DNA of 64,000 nucleotides from Nitrospiraceae bacterium (GTDB lineage Bacteria > Nitrospirota > Thermodesulfovibrionia > UBA6902), in assembly GCA_003599275.1 (NCBI GenBank), contig QZJG01000065.1, forward strand, positions 1,410 to 65,409, given 5' to 3'. The notes below the pieces were generated by a model that saw nothing but the letters and a program-made list of their open reading frames with translations, was not told the origin of the DNA and did not search any database. Position numbers and translations under genes: made by a program. Positions 19,238 through 29,948 of the stretch are shown here, piece by piece (within the stretch, counting starts at the first letter, position 1; every line of letters starts with the position of its first letter).

Positions 19238-20247
19238 TGAATGAACTCGTTCTCCTGTTTAATGGCCTCCAAACACCCTCAAGTGGCTCTGATTTTCCTG
19301 AGACATTCAGTGGCATACAAATCCCCAGTCGCCCTTCATGGCATCTATGTAAAGACCGATACGGGCGTCCCGCGCTGCTGGTATCTATTCCAACTGAAGG
19401 ATCGAGAATTAATACCCCGCCAAGTATTGCTCTGGAAAATCTAAGGGTTGAGCACAATATTCAGTGTCGAATAGCTCAAGCCAAGAAACAAGGAGATATT
19501 ATTATAAGGCACTTCTCCATTCTCCAGTGCTTATCAGATGAGAGAGCGCTACATGAATATTTTCTTTTAACAATGAGTGCGATTATAAAATCGCTTCCAG
19601 AAGCATTATCTGTTGATCAATTATCTGACACAGTTGATGTATTGGCTGATTTATTTCATACGCTTCAGCAAGCTCCAAAACAGTCAGTTCAGGGTCTTTG
19701 GGCCGAGTTGTTTGTGATAGCATTCGCCCAACTCCCAGAGGTAATGCTTCAGGCGTGGCATGATAACACCGATGAGCGGTATGATTTCAGCTTGGGGGCA
19801 CAGCGCGTTGAAGTCAAAAGCTCTGGAGATAGGACACGCCGCCATCATTTTGCACTTGAGCAGGCTTATCCACCGACAGGCACTGATGTTTTGGTAGCAT
19901 CAATTCTTGTTGAGCAAGCAGCAAACGGCATGGCACTCGGTGAATTATGGGACAAGGTAAGAGAGATTGCTGGCGCAGATTCAGATTTACTGCTGAAGGT
20001 GGAAAGTATCTGCATAAATGCTCTTGGAGCATCATGGTCAACAGCAAGGTCAAAACGGTATGATCGTTATTTGGCAGAGCAATCATTGCTTTGCTTCGAT
20101 ATCCGCTCTATGCCTCGCGTCTCTGAAGATCAGCCACATGGAATAACAGATGTTCGATTTCGAGCAGACCTTTCTTTTTCAAGACCTATTGATAAGTATT
20201 CCTATCGCGGCTTGGGACCACTTTTTAATGCATGTCTTACAGGATAG
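19237..20247 (+). CDS. PD-(D/E)xK family nuclease (AIPR-like position in the Dcm/Z1 cassette)
   Basis: GLWAELFVI ... ERYDFSL ... RVEVKSS gives the E / D / ExK triad. Confidence 0.55.
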   Translation: MNELVLLFNGLQTPSSGSDFPETFSGIQIPSRPSWHLCKDRYGRPALLVSIPTEGSRINTPPSIALENLRVEHNIQCRIAQAKKQGDIIIRHFSILQCLSDERALHEYFLLTMSAIIKSLPEALSVDQLSDTVDVLADLFHTLQQAPKQSVQGLWAELFVIAFAQLPEVMLQAWHDNTDERYDFSLGAQRVEVKSSGDRTRRHHFALEQAYPPTGTDVLVASILVEQAANGMALGELWDKVREIAGADSDLLLKVESICINALGASWSTARSKRYDRYLAEQSLLCFDIRSMPRVSEDQPHGITDVRFRADLSFSRPIDKYSYRGLGPLFNACLTG

Positions 20248-20314
20248 ACTTGCTTTTGTTTTTTTTGAAAACTGATGAGCTTTTAATTATGCGTAATATG
20301 TTGGAGCATGAGAA

Positions 20315-20764
20315 ATGAGACGTAAAGCTCCAGCATACGATTTATTTAAACCGTCTTCTGAGCTGTCATCATTAATTAAGAAGCGCACCAAAAGTAAAAA
20401 TACATCCGCTGAATTAATCCTACGGCGTTACGTTTGGAAGCTTGGACTTCGATACCGAATACATGTCAAGAATCTTCCGGGCAAGCCGGATTTGGTATTA
20501 CCATCTGCGAAGGTGGTAGTATTTTGTGATGGGGATTTTTGGCATGGAAGAAATTGGGATAAGCTGAAGAAGCAATTAAGGAACAGAAAGAATTATAAGT
20601 ATTGGATTTCTAAAATTAAGTACAATATCGAAAGGGACATTTTACAGGAGAAAGAGCTTAAAGGTATGGGGTGGCGTGTTCTGCGCTTTTGGGAAACAGA
20701 TGTTTTGAAAAATCCTGAGTTTTTTGCATTGAAAATTTATGAGATCGTAAGATCAACAAAATAA
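20315..20764 (+). CDS. vsr: Very-short-patch repair endonuclease Vsr
   Basis: TSAELILRRYVWKLGLRYR...PGKPDLVLPSAKVVVFCDGDFWHG is the classic Vsr signature. Vsr is a usual companion of Dcm. Confidence 0.9.
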   Translation: MRRKAPAYDLFKPSSELSSLIKKRTKSKNTSAELILRRYVWKLGLRYRIHVKNLPGKPDLVLPSAKVVVFCDGDFWHGRNWDKLKKQLRNRKNYKYWISKIKYNIERDILQEKELKGMGWRVLRFWETDVLKNPEFFALKIYEIVRSTK

Positions 20765-20957
20765 TGAAGACTCAAGGAAGCTTACATGAATAGGAAGAGA
20801 CTATAATTTGCAAACATATTGGCAATTGTCAGATAATGTCGGGATATCAAATTCCCTCTTTCATGCCGGAAGGAAGAAACGATTCTTTGCTTGCAATGAT
20901 AATTTCTTGTCGTCGGATTCGGTATTTGTTTGTCTCGCAAGAGTGTCTTCCATCTTC

Positions 20958-23561
20958 TTACCCCTCAAGTACTTGCCGAAGGGTTTTCAGGAGGACATCC
21001 GGAGAAACCGGTTTTGAGAGGAAGGTGGGGCTGTCATCGAATAAGATACCACCGGTATTAATGATATCCGGGGCATAACCACTCATGAAGACTGCCTTCA
21101 CATCGGGGGAAATCTTTTTTATTTCTTGATAAGCCTCCCTCCCGTTTTTCCCCGGCATGACCATATCTAATAAAAGGACATGTATCCTGTCCCTGTTCTC
21201 CATGAATTTTTCCACGGCATCCTGCCCGTTTGCGGCCTCTATGACCGCATAACCGTATTCCTGTAGTATCCCTCTCATGGCTTCCCTCACTTCCGCCTCG
21301 TCTTCTGCCAAAAGTACGGTCTCGGCGCCCATGGGAAGAGGGGCCGTCTCCCCATGCTCCAGGTCTTCAGCCTTTTTGTTAATGAGCGGCAAGTATATCT
21401 TGAATACCGTTCCTTTTCCGGGTCCACTATGGACTTTAATATAGCCATTATGCTGTTTGACTATTCCGTAGCTTATCGCAAGTCCGAGGCCGGTGCCTTT
21501 CCCCGTTTCCTTGGTCGTGAAAAAAGGTTCAAATATCTTTTTGACAGTTTCTTCATCCATGCCCGCGCCGTTATCGGCCACCGAGATCATGGCATATCTG
21601 CCCGGCAAACCAAAGCCATGTTTCCTTATGAACTCCCTTTCTATCTCCATGTTCCCTGTTTTGACAACAAGTATTCCGCCTTCGGGCATGGCATCGCGCG
21701 CATTTGTGGCAAGATTAAACAACACCTGTTCTATCTGGTTCGGATCTGCCAGCACTGTAAGGTTTTCGCCCGCACATTTGATTCTCAGTTCGATGGTTTC
21801 GCCGATAAGTCTCCGCAGGAATTTTGCCGCATTTTCGATGGTCCTGTTAATGTCCGTCTCTCTTAAGGTCATTACCTGTTTCCTGCTGAATGCAAGGAGG
21901 CTTTGCGTGATATTCGCCCCCCGCTGTGTTATTGAAAGTATCTGATCAACGTAGTGCAGCAGCGGATCATCCATCTTTGTTTTTATTTTTAACAGATTTG
22001 CATAGTTTATGATTGCAGTGAGTATATTGTTGAAATCATGCGCGATCCCCCCTGTCAGTGTCCCGACAGCCTCCATCTTCTGGGCATGTCTGAGCTGTTC
22101 CTCAAGCTTGCGGTGCTCCGTGATGTTCCTGACGACTTTAATGACGTTAATTACTTCCCCTTCGTCGTTTTTTACCGGGACTGTCCTCATTTCCCACGTC
22201 CTGCCGTCAGGTGTTTTTATCTCCGCGCTTTCCGGATTTTCCGTAAGGAACGTCTTTTCTACCGGACAATTTTCACACGGACTTGTTCGTTCATGCCGCA
22301 ATGTATAACAGTAATGGCCGTCAGGAGATGACGTATCCATTTTTAAATCCATAACGGCTGAATGGTTTGCCCAGATTACGCTGAAGTCCTTCGCCTGTAA
22401 AATGATATTGTCGGGGATGGCGTCCAGGAGCGCCTTAAATTCCTGCGAGAGTTTTCTGAATTTTGTTTCGTTTTCGGCAAGGGCGTCCTCCATCCGGCTG
22501 CGTTCGAGTATCTCCGCCTTTAATTGCCTGTTCGCCTGGTTCAGGTCCGTGGTCCTTTCCGTCACACGATTTTCAAGCTCCTCATACGCCGCTGACAGCT
22601 TGTCTTCTGCAAGCCTGCGGGCGATTATGTCGCCGTTTGCCTTTCTATAAAGGAAAAAAACCGACAGGCCGATAACCACGCAAAGCGCCATAATGATGTA
22701 ACCGGCGGTCCTTAACAGCGGATTGATAAGTTTCTCGGAAATTGCCCTGATGTCCCAAAGATAGATAAAATTCCAGCCCGGACTATTTGTAATTTCCATC
22801 TGATGGACCATGTACGTCACGCCCGATTTGTCAACGGCATGATCGGCATCTTTCCTCGTTATACCTGTCCATCCCCAGGGCCCTTCGCCGAATTGTTGTG
22901 TCTTTGCAATCTCTGACGCTTCTTCGGGCGGGATCTTCCATAAGACGTGGTAAAGCCACTCATTGCGGTTGGATGCGAAAATTATGCCGTGAGGGTCGGT
23001 CATAAGGAATATCCCATCGGATATTCTGCTGAATACCTTTTCAATGGGCCCGATAGATGCCTTGATGACAAAAACCCCTGACGGACCGTCAGCCCCGGCG
23101 CTGTAAACCGGATGGCTGGTGTAAATTCCACGCTTTTGGGACGTAACTCCGAGCGCCATATAAACTGCGGCAGAGCCTGCCATTGCCTGCCGGAAATAAG
23201 GGCGGAATGAATAATTCCTGTCTACAAAACTGTCCGGGGCGTCCCGGTTGGATGAGGCGATGGTATTGCCGTCCCGGTCCATCAAATAGCACACATCCAC
23301 GTCAAGTGAGCTCCGGAAGTTATCAAGGACAGTGTTTACTTCTGCGAGGCTGTTTTTATTTTTGCCCGTGAGAGATGTTTGCAGTATCTTCAGGCCCGCT
23401 GCCGCCCTGGCAGCCTTCTGATATTCGGTCAGTTTCGATGATATTCGGTCTACGGCGATTTTTGTGCGACCTTCCGCCGCTTGATAGGTATCACTGAAGG
23501 CATATTCTTTTAAGGAAGAATAGTAGAAATATCCACCTATGGCAGTTGACAATAACGACAA
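20958..23561 (-). CDS. Hybrid sensor histidine kinase (periplasmic sensor-TM-PAS-HisKA-HATPase-REC)
   Basis: TM helix [18 protein letters not shown]-box [21 protein letters not shown]. HATPase G-boxes DNGAGMD / GTGLGL. C-terminal receiver LLAEDE...[12 protein letters not shown]. Confidence 0.85.
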   Translation of the reverse strand: MSLLSTAIGGYFYYSSLKEYAFSDTYQAAEGRTKIAVDRISSKLTEYQKAARAAAGLKILQTSLTGKNKNSLAEVNTVLDNFRSSLDVDVCYLMDRDGNTIASSNRDAPDSFVDRNYSFRPYFRQAMAGSAAVYMALGVTSQKRGIYTSHPVYSAGADGPSGVFVIKASIGPIEKVFSRISDGIFLMTDPHGIIFASNRNEWLYHVLWKIPPEEASEIAKTQQFGEGPWGWTGITRKDADHAVDKSGVTYMVHQMEITNSPGWNFIYLWDIRAISEKLINPLLRTAGYIIMALCVVIGLSVFFLYRKANGDIIARRLAEDKLSAAYEELENRVTERTTDLNQANRQLKAEILERSRMEDALAENETKFRKLSQEFKALLDAIPDNIILQAKDFSVIWANHSAVMDLKMDTSSPDGHYCYTLRHERTSPCENCPVEKTFLTENPESAEIKTPDGRTWEMRTVPVKNDEGEVINVIKVVRNITEHRKLEEQLRHAQKMEAVGTLTGGIAHDFNNILTAIINYANLLKIKTKMDDPLLHYVDQILSITQRGANITQSLLAFSRKQVMTLRETDINRTIENAAKFLRRLIGETIELRIKCAGENLTVLADPNQIEQVLFNLATNARDAMPEGGILVVKTGNMEIEREFIRKHGFGLPGRYAMISVADNGAGMDEETVKKIFEPFFTTKETGKGTGLGLAISYGIVKQHNGYIKVHSGPGKGTVFKIYLPLINKKAEDLEHGETAPLPMGAETVLLAEDEAEVREAMRGILQEYGYAVIEAANGQDAVEKFMENRDRIHVLLLDMVMPGKNGREAYQEIKKISPDVKAVFMSGYAPDIINTGGILFDDSPTFLSKPVSPDVLLKTLRQVLEG

Positions 23562-23749
23562 CAGCGCCAGGATCAGTATGATTATTCGAAGTCTGATTTT
23601 CTGCCCTCCGGATTAAGTATCTGTCCGCCCTGCAAAATCAGAATTATGACTTGTTACCGATTATGATACCTATAGTATGCCCGCATTTCAATCAGCCCGG
23701 AGGGATCATACTTTTACACGGCTACGCAGAGGCGGTTCGCGAACCGCCT

Positions 23750-25054
23750 CTACTTCTTCTGCGACAGGTACTTTGCTTCCTCTTTCCCTTTTTCTTCATT
23801 CACGAGAGATAATAATATCCCTCCGGCTATAAACAGAAGAGAGACGGATGTGATGCCCACCCGTGAGGCTATTTCGTTGCTGTGACCCATCGACCTTACT
23901 ATCAGGCCGGTCCCGCCCATCAGCACCGGTCCTATTACCGCGGCGAATTTGCCGATCATGTTGTAGAAACCGAAATACTCCGCTGATTTTTCAACGGGGA
24001 TTATCCGCGCGAAAAATGAACGGCTCAAGGCCTGGATGCCGCCCTGGACGAACCCTACGGTTATCGCAAGGATGTAGAATTCATTCCTGCTCTGCATGAA
24101 AGCCCCCCATATGGAAACGAACAGGTATACGGCAATTGCGATGAAGATGGACTTTTTTGCCCCGATCTTCCCGCCAAGATAACCGAACCCTATGGCACAC
24201 GGGAAACCCACAAACTGGGTGATAAGCAGGGCCACTATCAGATCATTTGACTGCAAGCCTATCGACATTCCGTAATCGACCGCCATTACTACGATTGTAT
24301 CGACGCCGTCAATGTAGAGCCAGTAAGCAAACAGGAAAAGAAAGATGGTCTTGAGATGGCGGATCTCGTGAAAGGTTTCCTTCAGTTGGGCAAGGCCGGC
24401 CCTGATCGCGCTGATGCCCGCGGCCTTTGAGCTCACCGGCTCTTTTACAAATACGAGCAGCGGGATTGAGAATACTGCCCACCAGACGCCGACTGAGATA
24501 AAAGAGACCCTCACTGCCTCCTGAACGTCCGCAAATCCGAAGGTCTCAGGCCTAAGGGTCATCCATACATTCATCGCAAAGAGGATGCCGCCGCCAAGAT
24601 ATCCGAGGGAGAAACCGAGCGCCGAGACGGAATGCAGCCTTTTCTCTGACGCTACAGCGGTTATCAGGGAGTCATAGAAGATGTTCCCTCCCGAAAATCC
24701 AATGACCGCGAAGATATACAAAACAATGGCGGCCGGCCAGTTTCCTCCTGAGACCAGATAAAGGGACAAAGTCATCACGACACCCATATAGGCAAAGAAC
24801 ATGAGAAATTTTTTCCGTGAAGTCCCTTTGTCGGCTATGGCCCCGAGTACAGGCGCGAGAAGGGCGACCGTGACGCCCGCGATGGAATTTGCCAGCCCTA
24901 ATCTGGCGGTGCTTACCGAAGTGTCGGAGCCGACGCTCCAGAACTGTTTGAAAAAAATGGGGAAGAAACCCGCCATGACCGTCGTTGCAAAGGCCGAGTT
25001 GGCCCAGTCATAAAGCGCCCATCCGATTGTCGCCTTCCTGTTGTCAGTCTGCAT
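23750..25054 (-). CDS. MFS transporter (UMF1-like)
   Basis: 12 predicted TM segments. N-terminus GWALYDWANSAFATTV is characteristic of the UMF1/Atg22-like MFS group. Confidence 0.7.
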   Translation of the reverse strand: MQTDNRKATIGWALYDWANSAFATTVMAGFFPIFFKQFWSVGSDTSVSTARLGLANSIAGVTVALLAPVLGAIADKGTSRKKFLMFFAYMGVVMTLSLYLVSGGNWPAAIVLYIFAVIGFSGGNIFYDSLITAVASEKRLHSVSALGFSLGYLGGGILFAMNVWMTLRPETFGFADVQEAVRVSFISVGVWWAVFSIPLLVFVKEPVSSKAAGISAIRAGLAQLKETFHEIRHLKTIFLFLFAYWLYIDGVDTIVVMAVDYGMSIGLQSNDLIVALLITQFVGFPCAIGFGYLGGKIGAKKSIFIAIAVYLFVSIWGAFMQSRNEFYILAITVGFVQGGIQALSRSFFARIIPVEKSAEYFGFYNMIGKFAAVIGPVLMGGTGLIVRSMGHSNEIASRVGITSVSLLFIAGGILLSLVNEEKGKEEAKYLSQKK

Positions 25055-25163
25055 TGTTTACCGGACCGCATGATTATTAAATTTACGGGACGCCTCAATT
25101 ATACTATTTGATATAATCTCAGTAAAGCAGGACAGCACTGCGGTTTTGTTAACCGGATGAATT

Positions 25164-25694
25164 ATGGTATTCTCAGACATGCTGAAAAAGATGAGATTTC
25201 TGGGGGGCCTGTACATATATAAATTACAGGGCGCACTCGGCATGAAGCGGGCGGACATTATGCCGGTGATCAATGAATATTACAGGGACGACTTCAGGAA
25301 ACTCGATAAAAGAGACATTGCCGTAATCCTTCCCCATTGCCTCATAAGCAGCAAGTGCCCCGCGAGGTTTTCAAAAGCGGACGGGATACTCTGCAGCAAA
25401 TGTACCCTTTGCGGGTGCGGGGAAATTTACAAAATCGCCTCACAAAAAGGCTATCAGTTCTACATCACCCCGAGTGTGGGTTTTACCAAGAGGCTTGTCG
25501 GCAGGAAAAAACTGAGGGGCGTCATCGGTGTCGCCTGTGACTACGAAATCGACAAAGGGATTGCCTCCGAGAAAATTACCAACAACGGTGTAGTGATAGA
25601 GAGCCGAAGGATCAAGACCCAGGGGATACGGCTTGACGTGTACGATTGCATTCAGAACAATGTCGACTGGGGAAAGATCAAAGAACTCCTTTAG
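25164..25694 (+). CDS. DUF116-family protein
   Basis: ILPHCLISSKCPARF...C..C..C Cys pattern typical of DUF116. The true start may be 25189 or 25243. Confidence 0.5.
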   Translation: MVFSDMLKKMRFLGGLYIYKLQGALGMKRADIMPVINEYYRDDFRKLDKRDIAVILPHCLISSKCPARFSKADGILCSKCTLCGCGEIYKIASQKGYQFYITPSVGFTKRLVGRKKLRGVIGVACDYEIDKGIASEKITNNGVVIESRRIKTQGIRLDVYDCIQNNVDWGKIKELL

Positions 25695-25697
25695 CGT

Positions 25698-26517
25698 CAT
25701 GCCCGATGAAATCAGGCTCCTGAAGGCGGAGATAAAACGCCTCCGCAAAAAAATGGCGGATATTGCCCCTTCGCTTGAGGCCATGCTTAAGCTGCGGGGT
25801 TTCAGGATTTATAAAAGGGAACCCTCAGAGGACCTGCTCCTGCCTCAAAAAAGATATTTGAGTCCCTATCTTGAAAAGCTCAGGAGGTACTCATTCAGGC
25901 TGTTCCTTCGTGATGTCATAAAGCGCCAGGACTTTTTCACTATAGCAGAGGTCACGAGATACGCAACGGAGGAAGTAACGTCGCAGTATGTCGATTTCCT
26001 TTTAAAGGCCGGCGTTGTCGAGCGAAGCGCCGGAGGTTATCGCGTAAGAAAACGCCCGGTAAAAAGTTTCGGGGAAACGCTTGAGTGGTTCGTCGCAAGA
26101 CTTATTCAAAGAGAATTCGAGACTGAAGCCGTGTGGGGAGTGAAATTCAAAAGGCCGAAGGTAGGCGGCGATTACGACCTCATAGCGAAGGTCGAGTCTT
26201 CGGTCCTCTACATGGAGATCAAGTCCTCCCCGCCGAAACAGATATATGACCGGGAGATAACCTCTTTTTTAAACAGGGTGGAAGACCTCAATCCCGATAT
26301 AACCATATTCTTTGTTGACACCGAGCTCCGGATGAAGGACAAGATCGTGCCGATGTTCGAGGCCGAGCTGCAGAGGCGTTACGAAAGGCCCGCGCCGGTA
26401 GAGCGGATCGTTAAGGAGCTATTTCATATAAACGGGAAAATCTTTATAATAAACTCGAAAGACAGCATCGAGTCCAACATCGCGACGGTGCTGTCATTTT
26501 ACTGGAACAAAAAGTGA
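25698..26517 (+). CDS. Hypothetical protein with winged-helix-like and PD-(D/E)xK-like segments
   Basis: DYDLIAKVESSVLYMEIKSS gives D...ExK. Putative wHTH FTIAEVTRYATEEV...GGYRV. The start was set at ATG 25698; the ORF is open from 25633. Confidence 0.4.
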
Positions 26518-26710
26518 GTCTGAAGAGCTCAAAAGGAGTTTGACATCAGTGGGAAAGACTATCTGTGTAATCTGTGCATGGAGGGAGACCTGCCAGAAGA
26601 AATTTTCGGTAAGCGGTAATGATACAAGGTGTGTGGATTTTGTAAAAGACCTCTCCATTAAAGAGGACCCTGAATAGCAGGCAACCATCTCTCATCACAG
26701 GATATTTGCA

Positions 26711-28504
26711 ATGAAAGGCATCATAAAGGCGCTGGGGCTTGTATTCGGCGACATCGGCACAAGCCCGATTTATACTTTAACTGTCGTATTTATTCTTCTT
26801 GAACCGACCCCTGACAATATTATTGGTGTTCTCTCCCTCATTGTCTGGACAATGATGGTCCTGGTTTCGCTGCAATATACATGGCTGGCGATGAGCCTTA
26901 GTATAAGGGGCGAAGGCGGTACGATAGTGCTCAGGAGCGCCCTTACATCGCTGCTTACACCCGGCAAAAAGTCCGTTCTTGTTTCAGTCCTTGCATTTGT
27001 GGGGGTTTCTCTTCTCATGGGAGACGGTGTGATCACGCCTGCAATCAGTATCCTAAGCGCGGTTGAAGGCGCTGTGCTGATACCGGGGTTTGAAAACCTC
27101 TCGGAGTCGACAATCATACTCGTATCCATGCTTATAGCTGTTGTCCTTTTCAGTTTTCAGAGCAAAGGGACGGAAAAGGTCGCCGTTGCCTTCGGCCCGA
27201 TCATGTGTGTGTGGTTTTTGTCGCTCGGATTATCAGGGATAATATCGATCTCCGAATCCCCGGAAGTGCTTTACGCGATTAATCCCTATTATGGAATAAA
27301 TTTTCTCTTGGAAAACGGCTGGAAAGGATACATTGTGCTCGGTGAAGTAATCCTTTGTGCAACAGGGGGTGAGGCGCTTTTTGCTGACATGGGGCATCTC
27401 GGGGGCAAACCGATCAGGAACGCATGGTTCGGGGTTTATGTTTTTCTTGTTCTGAATTATCTCGGTCAGGGATCTTTTCTACTTAGGCATCCGGAGGCAA
27501 AGAACATCCTCTTTGAGATGATATTCCATTATGCCGGGCTTCTGTATGTTCCATTCCTCCTGCTGAGCATAATGGCAACGGTCATAGCCTCCCAGGCAAT
27601 GATCAGCGGAATGTTTTCAATCATCTACCAGGCCATGACTACAAGGATCATGCCCCTTTTTAAAGTGGCATACACTTCTGTAGAAAGGAAATCACAGATT
27701 TATATCAGTTCGGTAAACTGGCTGCTGCTCATAGCTGTGTTAACGGTAATGCTGGTGTTCGGCAAGTCGTCAAGACTCGCGGCCGCATACGGTCTGGCAG
27801 TCACGGGAGACATGACCATTACAGGTATTATGATGACGTATATTTTTTATCTCAAGAAAAAACCGTATCTCTCCCTTTTGTCACTCTTCATTGCCGCTGT
27901 TGATCTGCTTTACTTTTCCGCCAACTTCCACAAAATACCCCACGGCGGGTACTGGTCTATAATTCTGGCTTCGGTCCCTCTTTCCATGATATTCCTTTAT
28001 ACACAGGGACAGAAGAGACTTTACAGGGCCATGAATTTTATGTCCTTTCAGGAATTCATTCCGAAATTCAAGGAAGCCTACGCAACATCTCCCAAAATAA
28101 AAGGCACCGCTCTTTTTCTCATACGCGACGTCAAAAATATCCCTTCTTATATTACGCAGACAATGTTTTCTCACGGCATCATTTATGAAGACAATGTCTT
28201 TGTTTCCATATCCGGCAGAAACGATCCATTCGGGATTACAGGATTTTACAGGGACGATATGGCCTTCGGTCTCAGGTCCTTCGAGATACAGGCCGGGTAC
28301 ATGGAGGTCATAGCCGCAGATGATATTCTCAGGGAAGCGGGGATAGACGAGAGGGCGGTTTATTACGGCCTTGAGGACATATCAGCCAAAAACCCTGCAT
28401 GGAAGGGGTTCTCTCTGATCAAAAGGGTCATGCCTACATTCATAAAGTTCTATGAATTCCCGCCGGAGAAACTGCATGGCGTTATAACAAAGGTGAATAT
28501 GTAA
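26711..28504 (+). CDS. kup: Potassium uptake protein Kup (KUP/HAK/KT family)
   Basis: ALGLVFGDIGTSPIYTL is the N-terminal signature; 12 TM segments plus a cytoplasmic C-domain. Confidence 0.85.
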   Translation: MKGIIKALGLVFGDIGTSPIYTLTVVFILLEPTPDNIIGVLSLIVWTMMVLVSLQYTWLAMSLSIRGEGGTIVLRSALTSLLTPGKKSVLVSVLAFVGVSLLMGDGVITPAISILSAVEGAVLIPGFENLSESTIILVSMLIAVVLFSFQSKGTEKVAVAFGPIMCVWFLSLGLSGIISISESPEVLYAINPYYGINFLLENGWKGYIVLGEVILCATGGEALFADMGHLGGKPIRNAWFGVYVFLVLNYLGQGSFLLRHPEAKNILFEMIFHYAGLLYVPFLLLSIMATVIASQAMISGMFSIIYQAMTTRIMPLFKVAYTSVERKSQIYISSVNWLLLIAVLTVMLVFGKSSRLAAAYGLAVTGDMTITGIMMTYIFYLKKKPYLSLLSLFIAAVDLLYFSANFHKIPHGGYWSIILASVPLSMIFLYTQGQKRLYRAMNFMSFQEFIPKFKEAYATSPKIKGTALFLIRDVKNIPSYITQTMFSHGIIYEDNVFVSISGRNDPFGITGFYRDDMAFGLRSFEIQAGYMEVIAADDILREAGIDERAVYYGLEDISAKNPAWKGFSLIKRVMPTFIKFYEFPPEKLHGVITKVNM

Positions 28505-28507
28505 CGC

Positions 28508-29860
28508 TTATTCCTCAAGCTTCCGGTGCTTTTTATTCTCATACATTAATTCATCGGCGCGGGACATAAGCTCATCAATGGAGGAAGGCCGTTCGGGATC
28601 AAAATGTGCAAAACCCGAGCTGACCGACAGCTTGTATTCCCGCTTCTCCTGTTCGTTGAAGGTCTTCAGGTTGTCATGAAGGTGCCGCATGACGGCCCTT
28701 TCGAGGCCCGCGCCGTTATGGTCGGTTATGAATACGGTGAACTCGTCGCCTCCCATCCGGGCGATTATATCGGCGGCGCGGAAGGTCTCTTTGAGGATTT
28801 TTGCCATGTCCATCAGCGCCTGGTCCCCTGCCTTGTGTCCAAACCTGTCGTTTATCGTCTTTAAATTATTCAGGTCCATGAAGAGAATGGAGAACACGCC
28901 TCTGTTCCGTTTGGCGATTTCGTACTGCTTTTCGGCGAGGGTAAAGAACCCCCAGCGGTTTAGAAGGCCGGTGAGCTGGTCTGTCACGGATGCCTTGAGC
29001 AGTTTCTCCTCCATCTTTTTGCGGCCGGTGATGTCCCGGATTGTGCCCGCGGAATGCCACTCTCCGTTTAACACGAAGGCCGATATCGAGAGTTCTATCG
29101 GGAAATTTGTGCCGTCTTTCTTTGTGGCGTTCAATTCAATGGTCTTGCCGATGACAATGCATTGCCCGGTTTCCTCAAACCCGGGCAGCCGCCGGTAATA
29201 TTCATCCCTGGCCTTCCTGGAGACAAGGAAGGAGTGCAGCTCCCTGCCCATGACCTCTTCCTTTCTGTACCCGAACATCTTTTCAGCGGCATGATTGAAA
29301 TAAGTGATAACGCCCTTGCCGTCTATCACGATGATGGCGTCCATGGAGCTGTCGGAGATGGCCCTCGCCCTTGCTTCACTTGCCTTAAGCACGTCCTCTG
29401 CGGTCTTTTGTTCTGTAATGTCCCGTGCGATTTCAACAACGCCGGTGTAATCGCCTTTATTGTCTTTCAACGGCGTTGCGCTGAAAAGGTAGTGGCCGTT
29501 CAGATTTTTCTCAAAGACTTCCGCGAAATGTTCCCTGTCGTCAGACAGTGCATTAAAATGAGGACAGTAGTCCGGCGGCTTCACGGTACCGTGTATGACG
29601 CTGTGGCACTGCTTACCGATAAGGTCCTCCCTTTTCATCCCCAGCTTTTCAGCCAAAGCTTTATTGGCTTTGGTGATTATGAAATGTTTGTCGATTACAG
29701 CTACGATGTCCGGGATCGCGTCGAAAGTCTGCTCCCACTCTTTTTTGGCATGAAAAAGTTTTTCCTGTACACGCTCCTGGACGTAAATGTCCTGTTTCAG
29801 TTCGCGGGTTTCCCTTATCAGGCCTTCAATGAGCCGGTTCTCATGGTCTTTATTTTTCAC
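28508..29860 (-). CDS. PAS/PAC-domain diguanylate cyclase (GGDEF)
   Basis: Two PAS domains followed by GGDEF with an intact active site RMGGDEFTVF and the RxxD I-site region. Confidence 0.85.
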   Translation of the reverse strand: MKNKDHENRLIEGLIRETRELKQDIYVQERVQEKLFHAKKEWEQTFDAIPDIVAVIDKHFIITKANKALAEKLGMKREDLIGKQCHSVIHGTVKPPDYCPHFNALSDDREHFAEVFEKNLNGHYLFSATPLKDNKGDYTGVVEIARDITEQKTAEDVLKASEARARAISDSSMDAIIVIDGKGVITYFNHAAEKMFGYRKEEVMGRELHSFLVSRKARDEYYRRLPGFEETGQCIVIGKTIELNATKKDGTNFPIELSISAFVLNGEWHSAGTIRDITGRKKMEEKLLKASVTDQLTGLLNRWGFFTLAEKQYEIAKRNRGVFSILFMDLNNLKTINDRFGHKAGDQALMDMAKILKETFRAADIIARMGGDEFTVFITDHNGAGLERAVMRHLHDNLKTFNEQEKREYKLSVSSGFAHFDPERPSSIDELMSRADELMYENKKHRKLEE

Positions 29861-29948
29861 GCAAGTCTTTCCTATGTGAAGTATTCAAAATTGTTGCACA
29901 GTTTGGATTAAATAGCAATTGCCCGTGATATGGCGGGATGTCCCCGGA

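Noticed and set aside
21354-22675. Multiple + strand ORFs (170, 150, 99, 97 aa)
   Set aside because: Antisense to the hybrid histidine kinase gene.
23729-23752. Perfect palindrome AGAGGCGGTTCGCGAACCGCCTCT
   Set aside because: It overlaps the 3' end/stop of the MFS gene and lacks a flanking U-run in the right orientation. Probably a weak terminator or coincidental, so it was not called.
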